Origin: Azolla caroliniana
Taxonomy: Eukaryota > Plantae > Polypodiophyta
NCBI GenBank assembly: GCA_043228905.1
Contig: JBHGNT010000011.1
Location: forward strand, 3,410,001-3,474,000
Direction: 5' to 3'
Length of the DNA: 64,000 bases
A model generated the notes under the pieces. The model saw only the letters and a program-made list of their open reading frames with translations. It had not been told where the DNA came from and did not search any database. The position numbers and the translations under genes are program-made. Numbering within the stretch: the stretch's first letter is position 1; each line of letters begins with the position of its first letter. Shown piece after piece: positions 37,801 to 51,100 of the stretch.

Positions 37801-38231
37801 CGTGTAGGAAGCCTATGTGCTCTCAACAAAAGGCTCACCTGTTTGTGTGGTTGTTGAGCTCGAAGCTCTATTTTCCAGCCTAAGGCCATTCTTTGTATTA
37901 TTGTCTGCACTTAATCGATTATTTGATTTCGTTGTATCTAGTGTGATGTTCACAGGGTCTTTGTATCTGGTTTGTCCATTTTTACGAATAATCGAGTGTA
38001 TGTTTTCGGTGTCCGAAAAGGGGTCGTCTCTTCTCCGCTCTATTCTATGTTTATTGACTTGTGCCTACGAGCCCGTGTGTTTAGTAAGCGGAATTTGGTT
38101 GCCAGGCCGGATCGGTAGCTCAAACTCACTTGCTACTCATTCTTTAGCTCCCTGGTATGAGACCCCGGTGGTCCCGCCTGAGCCAACCCGCAAGCCGTGG
38201 ATATTCACGAGAACGCAATGATTGTCCTACA
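28817..38231 (+). mobile_element. 5'-truncated non-chromoviral Ty3/gypsy (RT-RH-INT plus 3' LTR 37397-38231), interrupted by a copia
   Basis: RT start EPMVIFTIPHV.W...SNRWFTVPKK (29336-29623), resuming with FLDD (~35005), EVRRFLG, RH (35638-36135) and INT ADRGE...NGEVE. PPT-like GGTGAGGGTGGA precedes an 835-bp LTR TGTTG...CTACA. Confidence 0.8.
29735..34943 (+). mobile_element. Full-structure Ty1/copia element (5.2 kb), decayed ORFs
   Basis: 298-bp LTRs at 29735-30032 and 34646-34943. PBS TGGTATCAGAGC (30035-30046). gag, PR WLLDSGATFHVT, INT (MQNGVAKR), RT LYVDDML, RH. TSD CGCAT/CACAT with 2 extra nt (CA) on the right. Confidence 0.92.
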
Positions 38232-40086
38232 TCTTGCTAGTAGCACAAGATTTGGGCGATGATTCTTTCATGTTTCTACAAGCCTCATGAGAGAATCCTG
38301 AGAAGGGGATGCTTGTATGGAACCAATTTGCGTTGGCTTCCGGTTTACATATTAATTGGAGGAAGTCTAGTCTTATATCATGTACTGAAAGGGATTTGGA
38401 ATGTTTAGGATGGCAAGGATCCGTAGTGAAGAAAGGCTCTATTTTTCGACACTTGGGTTATCCATTAGGAATGAACGTTACAAATGGTCAATTGATTGAA
38501 TGGATGTCTAGTAAGTCGAGGGATAAGTTCATGTATTGGAAGTCACAATCTTGGCCATTTCACGTACACTTGAAGGTTGTACAATGTACTATGGAACCCA
38601 TGATATTATATTACTTGCCATTGTTGCCATGGACAAAGAAGGTTTTGCATTTTTTTTTGCAACCTCTTCAATATTTGTTGTGGAAGAAGAGGGATAAGAC
38701 GGGAATCACTTGGGTTGCGTGGAATCATATAGCAACCCCTAAGTGCTTGGGGGGAGCTGGAATATTGAACTTATCTATGCATATGATGGCTCGTAGATTT
38801 TCATTATTACAAGACACATGTTCAAACTCACAACCATGGATATCTATTGTTCGATATTTCATTGAGAACAAGGGTTTAACACATGGGAGGACAACGATTA
38901 AGGCTTCTTGGTAGCAAATGGATGTATTTCACGTAGGATTCCGGGCTCTTCATGTGTTCAACACTTGGTTACTTCATGGCAAGAAGCACTCTTGTTATGT
39001 GTATGGAACTCATCATCTAGTAGAGAGCATTGCAATTCTTTGCAAAAAGAGTTACTTGTGTCTTCTCGGTTATTATGTTGGCCAAGAAAGGAGAGATTGT
39101 GGTCTCAATTTAATCGTTTGTTTCATTTGGGGGGTCAAAGAGGTGGGAGATATAGTTGAGGCTCCATCTCAAAGAATTTTGGAGTTTGTTGAAGCGCGAC
39201 AAATATTACGCATCCCGCTTAATTATGGGTTTATTTGGCAACAACTACAAACTATTGCATTGATGCAAGGTCCCTTACCTCTACAAACAGGAGAATAATC
39301 GTGGATTGATTGGTGTTTACGGGGTCAAACGTCGTTGTTACAAGTGACTACTAATCTTTTGTATCATTGGTTTGTTGAGTCTCTTGGATGGTTATCATCT
39401 AAGGCTAAAGAAGAATGGAAAATACACAAATCTGATCATGGGTGGTGGCAAATCTGACAATGTAGTTAGCATTCTAAATTGCCACTTGTAGCAAAGGTTT
39501 TCATTTGGAGAGTTTTGATTGGAGGATTGCCTTTAGGATTAGCTCTAAAGTGTCGTGGACTAGCAATGGGCAATTGCTTTTTTTGCATTGTTCAAATGGA
39601 AGCTAGTACTCATCGATTTATACAATGTTTGATTGCTTGTCAGATTTGGAGTTACATTTCTCAAATTTGGCAAGTTTTATCACGATATTATTTGACACCT
39701 AGACAATGGGTGTTTGCACAATTTACACAGGTTGACCCAAAATTAGAGATGGATATCGTTTTTCTATTTTTGAGATATTGGGGATTGCGTTATAATTGGA
39801 ACATGCGCAACAGTTTTGTATTCGATGGTAGACATGGAGTGAAAGGATATCTAGGAAAGTTGAAGGGAGTACTAATGTGGCAAATTTTTTTATTGGAGCA
39901 AGTGGAAATTCTTTCCTCAGTGGAGTGTTCATCTTGACTATTGGCAATTCAACATGTTCCACTACCCATGTAGTGTAGTGTAGTTAGTGGGTGACCATAC
40001 TCCGTTGTCACACCCATTGTAAGTAGTGTTTTTTACACACATTTATTAATATAATTGTGTGTTTTCACCAAGAGAGAGAGAGAGAA
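38232..40086 (+). mobile_element. LINE (L1-like) 3' fragment: RT C-terminus and zf-RVT
   Basis: GDDS (from ADD), GLHINWRKS, HLGYPLG, W..IATPK.LGG.GI (38309-38914). KVFIWRVLIGGLP...CFFC...H.FIQC (39479-39937). Ends in (GA)n. Confidence 0.82.
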
Positions 40087-40099
40087 ATGTATTCCCCCA

Positions 40100-40970
40100 A
40101 ATTATGGATTTATTTGGGAGAAATTATAAGATATACCATTGTTGCAAGGATCTTTGCCATTGAAAACAAATTTTGCACCTTGGGTGGATCAGCGGTTACA
40201 AGATGGTACATGCTTGTTATAGGTCACTACAAATATATTGTATCATCATGCGATGGCATCATTATCTTGGCTATCTCTTAAAGCAACGAAGTTGTGGAAT
40301 GTATGTAAGTCAAATGCAAGGTGGTAGAAAATATTACAACATAATTGGCCTTCCCATCTACCATTTCGTGCAAAGGTATTCATATGGAGAGTCATGATTG
40401 GTGGGCTCCCATTAGGTTCAGCCCTAAAGAGACGAGGATTAGGGTCTGACACTTATTTCTTTTGCACCGTTCCATTGGAGGATAGTACACATAGGTTCAT
40501 TAAATGTCCTATAGCGTGTACCATTTGGAAGTACTTATCGGACATTTGGCAAGTTTTAACCCGTTGTTGTTTGAGACCTCAACAATGGGTTTTTTCTCAA
40601 TGTGTTCAAAATGGTTCAAATGATGAGATGGAGATATTGTTTCAATTTTTACGTTATTGGGGTCTACAACACAATTGGAATATGCGTAATGCTTTCATGT
40701 TTGATAATAGACATGGGGTGAAAGCCTATATAAAGAAGCTTAAAGGTATTCTGATGTGGATTTTTTGGATGTTAGAGCATGTGGGGATCATTTCCACAAA
40801 TGCATATTTAGGTTTTTTAATAGCATTACAGAACATCCCTCTCCCTACATAGGCATATATGATAGGCAGAGGAGACTAAAAAGTGTTGTAACTAAGTGGA
40901 TTTTACATACAATTAATATAATTGTGTGTTTTTACCAAAAAGAAAAGAAAAGAAGAGAGACAGAGAGAGG
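40100..40970 (+). mobile_element. Second LINE 3' fragment of the same family
   Basis: ORF 40394-40852 is paralogous to 39479-39937. Same 3' UTR ATAATTGTGTGTTTT.ACCAA followed by a GA-rich tail. Confidence 0.8.
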
Positions 40971-41094
40971 ATGCAACTGTACAGATGGATGTAGCTCAAT
41001 TGGTAAGGTTTCCCAAAAGATATATATCTGAAGTATGTAATAGAGAAGTGAGGTAATTTGGTAAATTAAGAAACATATATATATGAAGTAGTAG

Positions 41095-41131
<37 letters not shown>

Positions 41132-41221
41132 GAGAGATATTAACGTCTTCTAAGGCTAGAATTGGCACATGAGACAATTGGTTTACAACAAAAATGGGGT
41201 ATTTACCCATTCATCGAAAGT

Positions 41222-41259
<38 letters not shown>

Positions 41260-41949
41260 CAACTAAGTTGGTAAATTAAGAAACATATATAGATGAAGTA
41301 ATATACATGTGTAAAAGGTGGTTCTCAAACCCAAGATGTAATGCTAGTTACAAAAAAAATAAAAAGAGAGATGAAAGAGACAATAATTTGCCATTGTAGG
41401 TTCACCACATTGGTTGCCAATACCTTGTTAAGCAAGGGAAATTTTGTTATTTTCAAACAATATCAAATTTCCCATTAACGTGGGGGGTATTTTTTTGATA
41501 TTGTTTCACGTAGTTCCTAGTCTTACCTCGAGATTCGGCTCCCCGCCTTATTTCTTCACTTTTCTATATTAAGTATTATGACTTTGATCTCTTTTTGGTC
41601 ATATTCTATTGTGAGATCTTTATCTTTATCTTTGAGTAGATTCCTTAAATTGAATAGCATAGTTGTTAAACATGCACTTCCATTTGAGATGTAGGCATGA
41701 ATGATGCACACGTGAAAAACACAATGTTTCAGAACTAGACATGCTCGTAAACACGGAAAAATAGACGCTACAAAGGTATTCATCCAAGAAGGAAAACATA
41801 GAAGCATAACCCTCCATTAATGTCATGCCATTGGTTTGATCGATTGATCGGAGATAAGGAAAACCTTGAGAGGGCCAAATATATTGTTCTCATACCAAGG
41901 ATACAAACGTGCACCTATCCACCCACCCATCCATTCATCATGCATGCAT

Positions 41950-42580
41950 CCATACGACACACGCACATAATACATATATACATACATACATATATATGAA
42001 CACAAACATAATACATATACATACAAGTTACAACATGCATACATATATATGAACACAAACATAATACATATACATACATACCTAAGTGTATACATACATT
42101 AGTACATACATCCAAAGACACACATACACACAAATGCGTCTACAAGTACATCCAAAGACACACATACACACAAATGCATCCACCAAATACATACATACAC
42201 GCACACACACGCATGCACACGCGCGCACACACACACACACACACAAATACATACGTGCAAAAGTCATACATATGTGCATACATAATACACACATAAATAC
42301 ATACATAAACACACATAAATACATGCATACATACACACATACACATACACATACATACCCACATGCATACATACATGTACATACATACATGTACATACAT
42401 ACATACCCACATACATACATACATACATGTACATACATACATACATATACCTACATACCCACATACATGCATGCATACATACATACATACATACATAGAA
42501 ATACATACATACATACATACATAGAAATACATACATACATACATAGAAATACATACGTACATAGAAGAAATTTAATACAT
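41950..42580. repeat. Long compound (TACA)n/(CA)n microsatellite
   Basis: Direct reading. Generates the spurious HT/MYVC-rich ORFs 41823-42669. Confidence 0.95.
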
Positions 42581-42743
42581 AAATGGTAGACTGTAGTATG
42601 AACATGAACCATGTCTAGAATTAGGTTGGATTTTGCCATCTCCCCTGCCTCTCCCCCATAGACATTCACAGAGTGTCGTACAGGGTGAAGAAGGCAATCA
42701 ATCCATGGAGTCTGTCTAACGCCTTCCGGCAGTTATAGCTTCC

Positions 42744-44644
42744 ATGGTGATTTTACTTCACCCAGTCATGGATGTTGCTTACGGAGCTAATCGTCCCATT
42801 CCTGCTCATTCTTCCTCTTCCACTTCAAGCAGACCTTGCTTCACAAATGAACGGAAAGGTAATCCTTTCTCGTCCTTTCCATCATCGTATTCTGTTGATT
42901 CTACATGGAAGTTTCCTCGAATTTCCGTTGTGTCGCAATCGTCTGCGAGTGCTTCGCGTAGAAGTAGATGCAAGTACAGAAGACCAAGCCATGGATCACC
43001 ACTTTGTATAGAGAGAAGGCATTCTTCTCAAAATGTTGCAGGTTTAGGTTTAGGTTCAGGTTTCAAAGTTCGAAATGGGGATTCTGCTGAAAGAAGGAAT
43101 TCTTCACGGTTAGGTTTTGAAGCGCGGTATAGAAAGCATGCAGAAATGCCCGCCGAGGATGGCTTTGAGAATTCGTGCATTCTAGAAACAAGAAAGGGTT
43201 TTTTTTGCAATGGAAGCCTATCTTCAGCCAGAAATGGGAGGTATTTGTGGAATGATGGACTAAGAAAGAAGAGTAATGGTGGTTTAACTGTGGTTTTGTG
43301 CGACCTGGGAAATGATTCGAGTATTACGGCTTCTGATTCAATGAATTTGAATAGTGATGTAGGTAGATCGCTCGAAGCTAATACATCATCTGAGAATAGT
43401 GAAGAGATAGATAACAGTGAGAACGAGGATGGCAAGGTGAGCTCTGTGGATAACCTTAGGTTGGCTCTTCAGTCAGCTTTAGAAGAGTTAGAATTAGCCA
43501 GATTGAAAAGCTCGAAGATTGAAGAAGATACACAAGCTATTACAGAAAGAGCAATTGCATTGAGAGATGAGGCTACAGCAGCCAATATAAAGGCTGAGAA
43601 TGCAACAAATTTGGTTGAGAAGATGTTGAATGAGGAATCGAGTGTGCAAGGACTTGTAGTGAAGGCGAGCGATTTGCTAGCTGAGGCAGAGGCAAAGTGT
43701 AAAAATGCTCAAAAAGTATTAATCGATGCACAAGACAGGGAGCTGATGAATTTAGAGGAGGGTGTAAGTAAGAAACCCAGGGACTCTTCCATTGAAGATA
43801 GGGCTGACGACATGTCTTTGAAAGAAGAGGGTGATGAAGTAAACAAAGAATCTTTGACATTGTCAAAGGAAGCTGAAGAGTTTATTGCATATGAAGCAGA
43901 GGTGAAGGCTTGTCAGATTTCTCTTGCTGAATATGAACTAGATCTTCAACGGATTAAGAAAGTGAAATCAGAGGTGGAAAAGGAAGCTTTGGTGATGATA
44001 GAAGCTGCAAAACTCGCTAACAAGATTGCTTTGGAAGCTGATGATGAAGTCGCAAAAGTAATGTCATTAGCTGAACAGGCTGTTGCTTTAGAGGTCGATG
44101 CTGCGCAAAAAGTATGCATTGCTGAGATAGCTCTTGAGAAGGCTGAGAAAGCTGCAGTTGAAGCAAAACTAACTCAGTCAACACAAGTAGTTGATGTGAA
44201 TGGAATCTCCGAAGATGAATCTGAAGGAGATGCAAGTGCCCATGGAATTTTGTCAGAAGGAAAACCTGACTTAGACAAAGTCACAAAAGAAGTTGATATT
44301 AGTGATATTAGCATATTAGATCAAGGGTTAGAAGTTCGCAAACCACTTGTCACAACCTCTCTTGAAGCTGTAGAAGCCATTGACGAAGTCTTGAAAGGAG
44401 ACTCGAGTACTTCGCTAGAGAATGAGGTTGAGAAACCTAAAACTGTACATCAGCAAAAGGAAACTGTTAAAGAGAACCTTACTGGGGTTCCCAAATCATC
44501 TACAAAGAAATCCTCTCGTTTCTTTTCTGCTTCATTTTTCTCTTTCAACGATGATGAAGCAGAGTTCACTCCTAGCACCCTTTTCCGTGGAATACAACGC
44601 AATTTTCTAAAGATATCAGTTGGCATGCTGTTGCTTTGCGGAGG
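42744..44644 (+). CDS. KEA2: KEA1/2-like exon 1: Ser/Arg-rich transit peptide plus long acidic coiled-coil N-terminal domain
   Basis: Open 634-aa [18 protein letters not shown] and [19 protein letters not shown] match the KEA1/2 N-terminus. Donor GG|GTAGG. Confidence 0.92.
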
Positions 44645-47600
44645 GTAGGCTTTGCAATTGCTTTAATTATGGAATTTCATTACGTAAAGATGTCAAGCAT
44701 GCCTTCTGTTATTTACATTGAATATTATCATAACAGGAGTCTACTTTTGAAGAATAGAATAGAACCACAACCACAGGTAACTGAACGAACAGAGTTTGTT
44801 GCCACTTTCGAAGAGGTTACCACTAGTGCAAAGCCACTCGTAAGAGAATTGAAGAAGATACCAAATATGGTGCAGAGTATTCTTGAAAAGATTCCACATC
44901 AAGAGGTAATCATACTAGAATGTTTGGTTTGTGTTTTTCAATTATTAGCCATTGAGGGGTTAAAATCAGTCAGCTCACTATAAGATTAAAAAAGAGAGGG
45001 AACAGTAGTGTGATAAAAAGGCTGAAGTTATGTTTGGGCATTAATTTTGTTATATATCACTGTAAGTAGCAGAGAATTTTTCCGTGTATATTAATAATGC
45101 TGATGGAAAAAATTTGGAGGGCATTTAAATTTATTGGACTTCGTTACCAAAGTTAATGTAGCCGTGAATTTTTTGCGTGTTATGAAAAAGATGCCGAGAC
45201 ATGAATGTGTGTTTTTTTGCAGCTGAATGAAGAAGAAACTTCTCTATTTGATGTCTTATGGCTACTTCTGGCAAGTGTTATATTTGTACCAATATTTCAG
45301 AAACTGCCAGGGGGTGAGTCTAAACTTCTTTTGGTTTCAATATTGCAGTTTAATGTCTTAACTTTTAGATGTATTTGAAATCACGTAAAAATACATCATA
45401 TATTGAAGTTAACAAGCACAGATAACAGTTGATGATACATCCCAAAGTATCAATAAGTAAAGTATATCTTGGGTATTCTGTACTTTGAAGTATGCATTCC
45501 AGGTGTTTCTTTCTTATCTTTAATCAGAACGGATTTCCCTTCAAACTACAGTCAGATATATTCCAATCAAAGAATGGATCTCAAGCTCCTATTTTTTACT
45601 TTTATGCTACAAACATATATTTTTGACCTTGTAAATACTACCAAGCACCGTACGTAACCTTTATTGAGTCTTTTTATTCTTATATTCTGTTCTTGGATCT
45701 GTTTGGTCACATAAGTATCGTAGGAATCATAATTCCGTTATGCCTCCAGGGCAGATACATGCAATAAAGTTGGCAGTGTGGGCTTGCTTGCACCCCCCAA
45801 ATTGTCCTCAATTTATCTTCAATAAACTTTTTGATAGTTCCAGCAGCTTTAAAATATCACAAATAGTTCTTCACAGAAATGGCACTAAATTCAAATTAGC
45901 ATTTCCATTGACTTGTTGTAAAGTTGTAATTAGGAAGCACCTGATTTATTGCACGAGTGTAAAAAAGTAATTATAAACTTTCAGTTTAACCACAAAAAAT
46001 TACATTGCATTAAACTGATTAATGATAAGTTCAAGATCAATAACTATTATGTTTGTTTTACTTCCATAAGCATTAAGATTATTGTTTGAAGTCGTTAATC
46101 ACTGTTGAAATTTTCGTGGCTTAATTTGTTGAAAATTACAATCTAAGTAAGATAACTAACAGATCTTGTTCATATTTGATGCCAATAACACTGAAGATAA
46201 TAACGATGGGGATTCTCTATAATTTTTGAAGTTAGCAACAATGGCTTTTTAATTTCAAATAATTTGAAGACTATTTCTGAAGTTTTCTATAAAAACTGTG
46301 TTTTAAATATGATGTAATGGTTTAAACATGTGCTTTGCATATCTCTTCAATGCTCAAGAAAGGAAAGTTTTGAATTATGCGTAGTAACAAATTTGTTTGT
46401 AGCTGAACTATTCCCAAGTTGTTGATATTTGTGTTTTTAATCTTTCAACATAACCGTTAGAGACAGATGCATTCTATTTCTGTCTAAAAATGACAATAAT
46501 TGACAAGAAAAGATGTTTTATCTCTAATGTGGCTTATCGTGGGAGGATGCATTATAACTTTTAAGGCATTCCAACCTATGGTGATTTAACTGCATAATTT
46601 CAATGTTCCTGGCCCATCGTTTCCTTGCTATTATGCTCTGCATAGTGTGCTTACAGGAGACAGTTCTTGAGTGTTGTTTCTCTCATTGGAAATAAAGCCC
46701 CGTATAATAGTTCTATAAGCCTCTTCATATCTTCTAGTTATTTGTTGGACAATGATGAGATTATCTGCACATTATGTGTACTCCATTGTTTGAAGGTGTT
46801 CATGTTGAGATTTCTTTTCTTTAAGATGAAAGAGGACCTGTGACAAATTTGGATTTAAACATGTTCTTTGGATATTGTATATGCTTCTTTCAAGTCTTTC
46901 TTTTTAGCTTTCCTCTTTTGAGTGGTTGTGAGTCTCAAAAGTACATTTGGGAATACAAGGCAATCTCAATCAAAGCTTCATTTACCACATGCATGACAAT
47001 ATAGCTTCATTTTGATTTTGTATTGTTTTGTAGGTAGTCCTGTGCTAGGTTATCTTGCAGCTGGTGTCATTCTTGGGCCACATTCTTTATCAATCATACA
47101 AAATGTCCATGCAACAAAGACAATTGCAGAATTTGGCGTTGTTTTTTTGCTTTTCAATATTGGGCTAGAGGTATTTTCTGTGCTTCATAATCATGGTATT
47201 CGTTGTTTGATATTTACTTCTCCAATTGGATCCATTCATTTGTTTGTATGCTCTAATCTGCTCATATTAACTATTTTGTAAGATCATTGCGTTATTTGTA
47301 GCTATGAAATTCTGTATACCAATATTTCATCCTAATACATTCAAGGTTTCACTAGTTCCACTGATACCAACAAAAACTGCATGTCGGTATCCTCTTCAGC
47401 AATGGATCTGTTTTTTTATCACCATTCACTATTTATCCCTTCTCTGCATTAATGTATGTTTGATGTGACTGAAACATAAAACAAACTCAGTCTTTGACAT
47501 ACTAAAGTATTATTATTCCAGGCTGTGTAGGCCAATTGTGCTTTTCAGGTGTCCCTTCACTGGTTGATCTTTTGCCTTGTTTTTGAGGTTTATCTCACAA

Positions 47601-48071
47601 AATTACTGTGATTAATGAAATTCTGAAGGAGTTTCATTGGGCTGTATAAATACACTTGGATTGGGGAACATCCACAGCTTATTTAGAGATTACTGGCTGG
47701 CTGAAAAATAACACTTCATGTTATTGGTTTTTTGTGGTTGTAATGCTGTGGGTGACAAGTGTTTGATCATGAGCATAGTTCAATGAGAGAAATTTTGGTA
47801 TTTGGAGGTACATGCTTTTCTAGAAGCAGAATTTGGCATCAGAAATATATTCAGTCTTAAAATTTCCAAAATGATTTTGTGGCAGAATTGAAAATATAAT
47901 GTAATATAACTTGGCTGAATGAATTGGCTGTGTTAATAGCTTATCAGCATCTTGGATTGCTTTAGTATAGATTTATTTACTTCCTCGTGGTTGCTTCCAA
48001 GAGTGAGCCCTTACATGGTGTTTAGATCACCTCACCTAAAATAATAAGTGTAAATGTAAATATAAATCAGC

Positions 48072-48102
<31 letters not shown>

Positions 48103-51100
48103 CATACATATATATGTATATGAAAATACTTTATTTTGATTGACCCAACACGTGAAGAAATAGTAAGATTAGACAATGAAGTTTAGTACTTGATTAATCC
48201 AAATGAAATGCAAAATATTAGTGTACATTCAAAATTGAATGATAATTTATCGTATTTGACTTGCAAGATATATCTTTGAGAGTGTATCACTTCATTGCAA
48301 AAAATATGTAGGTAAACTACTTAAGTAATGCTGGAATATTGAATCAATCACTGGTTAGATGATATGGTTTTCCTAATAGGAATTATGAAAAAGGTTGCTC
48401 ATCTTTAAGCTCTTCTAGTAGTTGTGGTTTGACATTGACAGAGTTGTGGAATATTGGCATCAAGAAACTGGGAAGATCTCATGGATTTTTGAACTCGGAG
48501 ACTGTTAAGTGAGATCTAATGTGGACATGAATGTCCACATGATGCTAGGGGGAGATGTTGTTGGGAAGGAATGGCCATCATGTCTTTTATTAGTGCACAG
48601 GTGTGAACACACCCATAGCACACATTAACCTTCATATATATATATATATATAAACCTAAAAGTGAAGACACCCAAAAAAGGAAAGATTGTGCATCTCTCT
48701 AACTCTTAGTCCCTTCAAACTGGTACCATAGCAGGTTTATAATCAGTGTGATAGGTCATGTTTTCAGCGCAGGTGACAGTCACTACAATAGGTTACGTTT
48801 TCAACACACATGACAGTCAGTGCAACAGGTCATGTTTTCAGCACAAGTGACAGTCAGTGCTGCAATTCGTCATGTTTTGCCTGCATAGGTTCTTCGCAAG
48901 CAAGTCCCTTACACACTGAGAAGAGTTCGTGGGGTTTGGGTCTGCATTTGCTGAATTTTTTGGTCATTTTTCGTTGGCTAAAAATTATGGCTGGCAGCAA
49001 TGATAGCAGCCAATTGCATGCACATCAAGAAGCTTGAGGGCACACACAATTTTGCTGTGTGGCAAAAGCAATGCTACAATATCTTATTGTAGAAAAATAG
49101 GCAAAGCTGATCAAGGTCAAAGAAGTAAAGCCTACAGATACAAAGGATGACTAGGAGTTGAATGAGGTTGCTTGTTCGACCATTGAGCTATGAGTTTTTG
49201 GTGCCTTGCTGTTTAACTTTTAAGGTTTGAACTCTACCTATGCAATCTGGACTAGAATCAACGAGTTGTATGCCCAAAAGAGTGCAACTAGCAAAGTTTA
49301 TTGGCTGAAAAAGCTTATGGATTTGCGCATTAAAGAGGGTATTCTATGTCAACTCACTTGAGTTAGTTTAATTCTATTTTCAGCCAGCTGGTCGTCTTGA
49401 CATTCGTCATTGATGATGAGTTTAAGGTGTCAAGCATTTCTTTGAGCCATGGCCAGTTGGGACACATGAGTCAAACTGGAATGAAAGTGCTTTCTTTTTT
49501 GGGTTACAAGCCTCGTCTTCGTTATGCTAATTTTGAGCATTGTGATAATTGTGTTTATGGTAAACCTGCGCAGACGTCTCATAAAAGGTCTCTTTTGTTG
49601 GGATTAAAGGCCCTTTAGGTTTCTCTAACTAAAGTAGAAAACAAGTTTATATTATTTAATGTTTTCTAATTTTTGTTAAAGTTGTACAATCTCATTTTCA
49701 AAGCTGTATTACAACCTCTAGAAGAATATTTTATAGTTCGAATGGGATCCTTGGATAAGATTCCCACTCAACATTAAATAGGTATTTATGAGGCCATGAC
49801 TGACTTTCACATCAACATTTAAAACTCTTCTTCTAAGAGCATATTCTATGTATCTTGGATAGCACACATATATATCTATGCACTCCTACCTTGTATATTT
49901 TTTTAAAGTGGTAGGCTTTTGTTTTGCAGAATTGCTTCTACTTCTTTAATCCCTCCTATGTGTTAAACCCCATAATTGTTTTTAGTTTCTATATCTCTGC
50001 CTTTGGATATTTCAAAAAACTGCCATTCTATCTTCTACTTTCTTACAAATGGTATCGGAACAAGCATTGCAGCCTCGCAGGATCTCCATTGCGTAGTCTT
50101 CCACTTTGAATAAGTGGGAGTTTTGTCTTTCGTGTCTATTTTGTATTCCTTCTTTCGCCATGGCAAATAAATCTGTCAATGTTGGGGTAGAATTCAAGAA
50201 ATTTGATGGTATTGGATTCGACTTATGGAAGGTTAGAATGAAAAGCACACATTACTTACAAGGATGTGTAGAAGCATTGGAGGAAAACAAATTAGAGTGT
50301 ATGAGATCAAGTGATGTTGTTTTCCTTGAAGAACTAGATACTTGTTTTCAATAAAGGCAATCATTGCAAAAATCGAGCTTATTACCTTTGGTCACCAACT
50401 TCTTAGAAGAGAGTAGAACGTCCAAGCCCTTTTGGCTCATAGGACCTAATCTTTTGTGCCACAATTCGGCTCCATTTTTGCTTCCACAACTGCAAGAAAT
50501 TGACCAAGAAGAGCTCGACTTGAGAGGCAATAGAGTGTACCCCTCTTGCTAAATCCTTAGGAGGCTCCTTATATTTTGTAACTTTCATTGATGATTACTC
50601 TAGAATGTGTTCGGCATATTTGCTAAAGGATAAGACTGAAGTGTTTGCCGTTTTCAGAAATTTTCATGCCTTTATCACTACTCAAACAGGCTTGTAACAT
50701 AACTCTGTTTAATCCAACATCTAATGGAGTGGCTGAACGATACAATAGGACATTATGTGAAAAGGTTTGATGTATGCTATCCATATCTAATCTCCCTAAT
50801 GCATTTTGGGGAGCGGCTTTACAAACTACCGTGCATATTATCAATTGATCCCCGCACAATTCACTCAGAGGTAGCATACCGAAGGAAATTTGGTCTGGCA
50901 AATCAACCTCATATCATCATCTGTGCATTTTCAGCTGTGAAGCTTTCGTGCATGTGAGCTAAGAAACAAGTTGGATGCAAAATCCATCAAAGGCAGCTTT
51001 TTGGGATATGGTGAAGAAGGTGAGAGGGGTTACAAAATTTTGTTACCTCATCTTCGAAAGTTAATCGGAATTCGTGATGTTGTATTCAATGAAGCAAAGT

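Noticed and set aside
41823-42669. Many overlapping His/Thr- or Met/Tyr/Val/Cys-rich ORFs
   Set aside because: Translations of the (TACA)n/(CA)n microsatellite.
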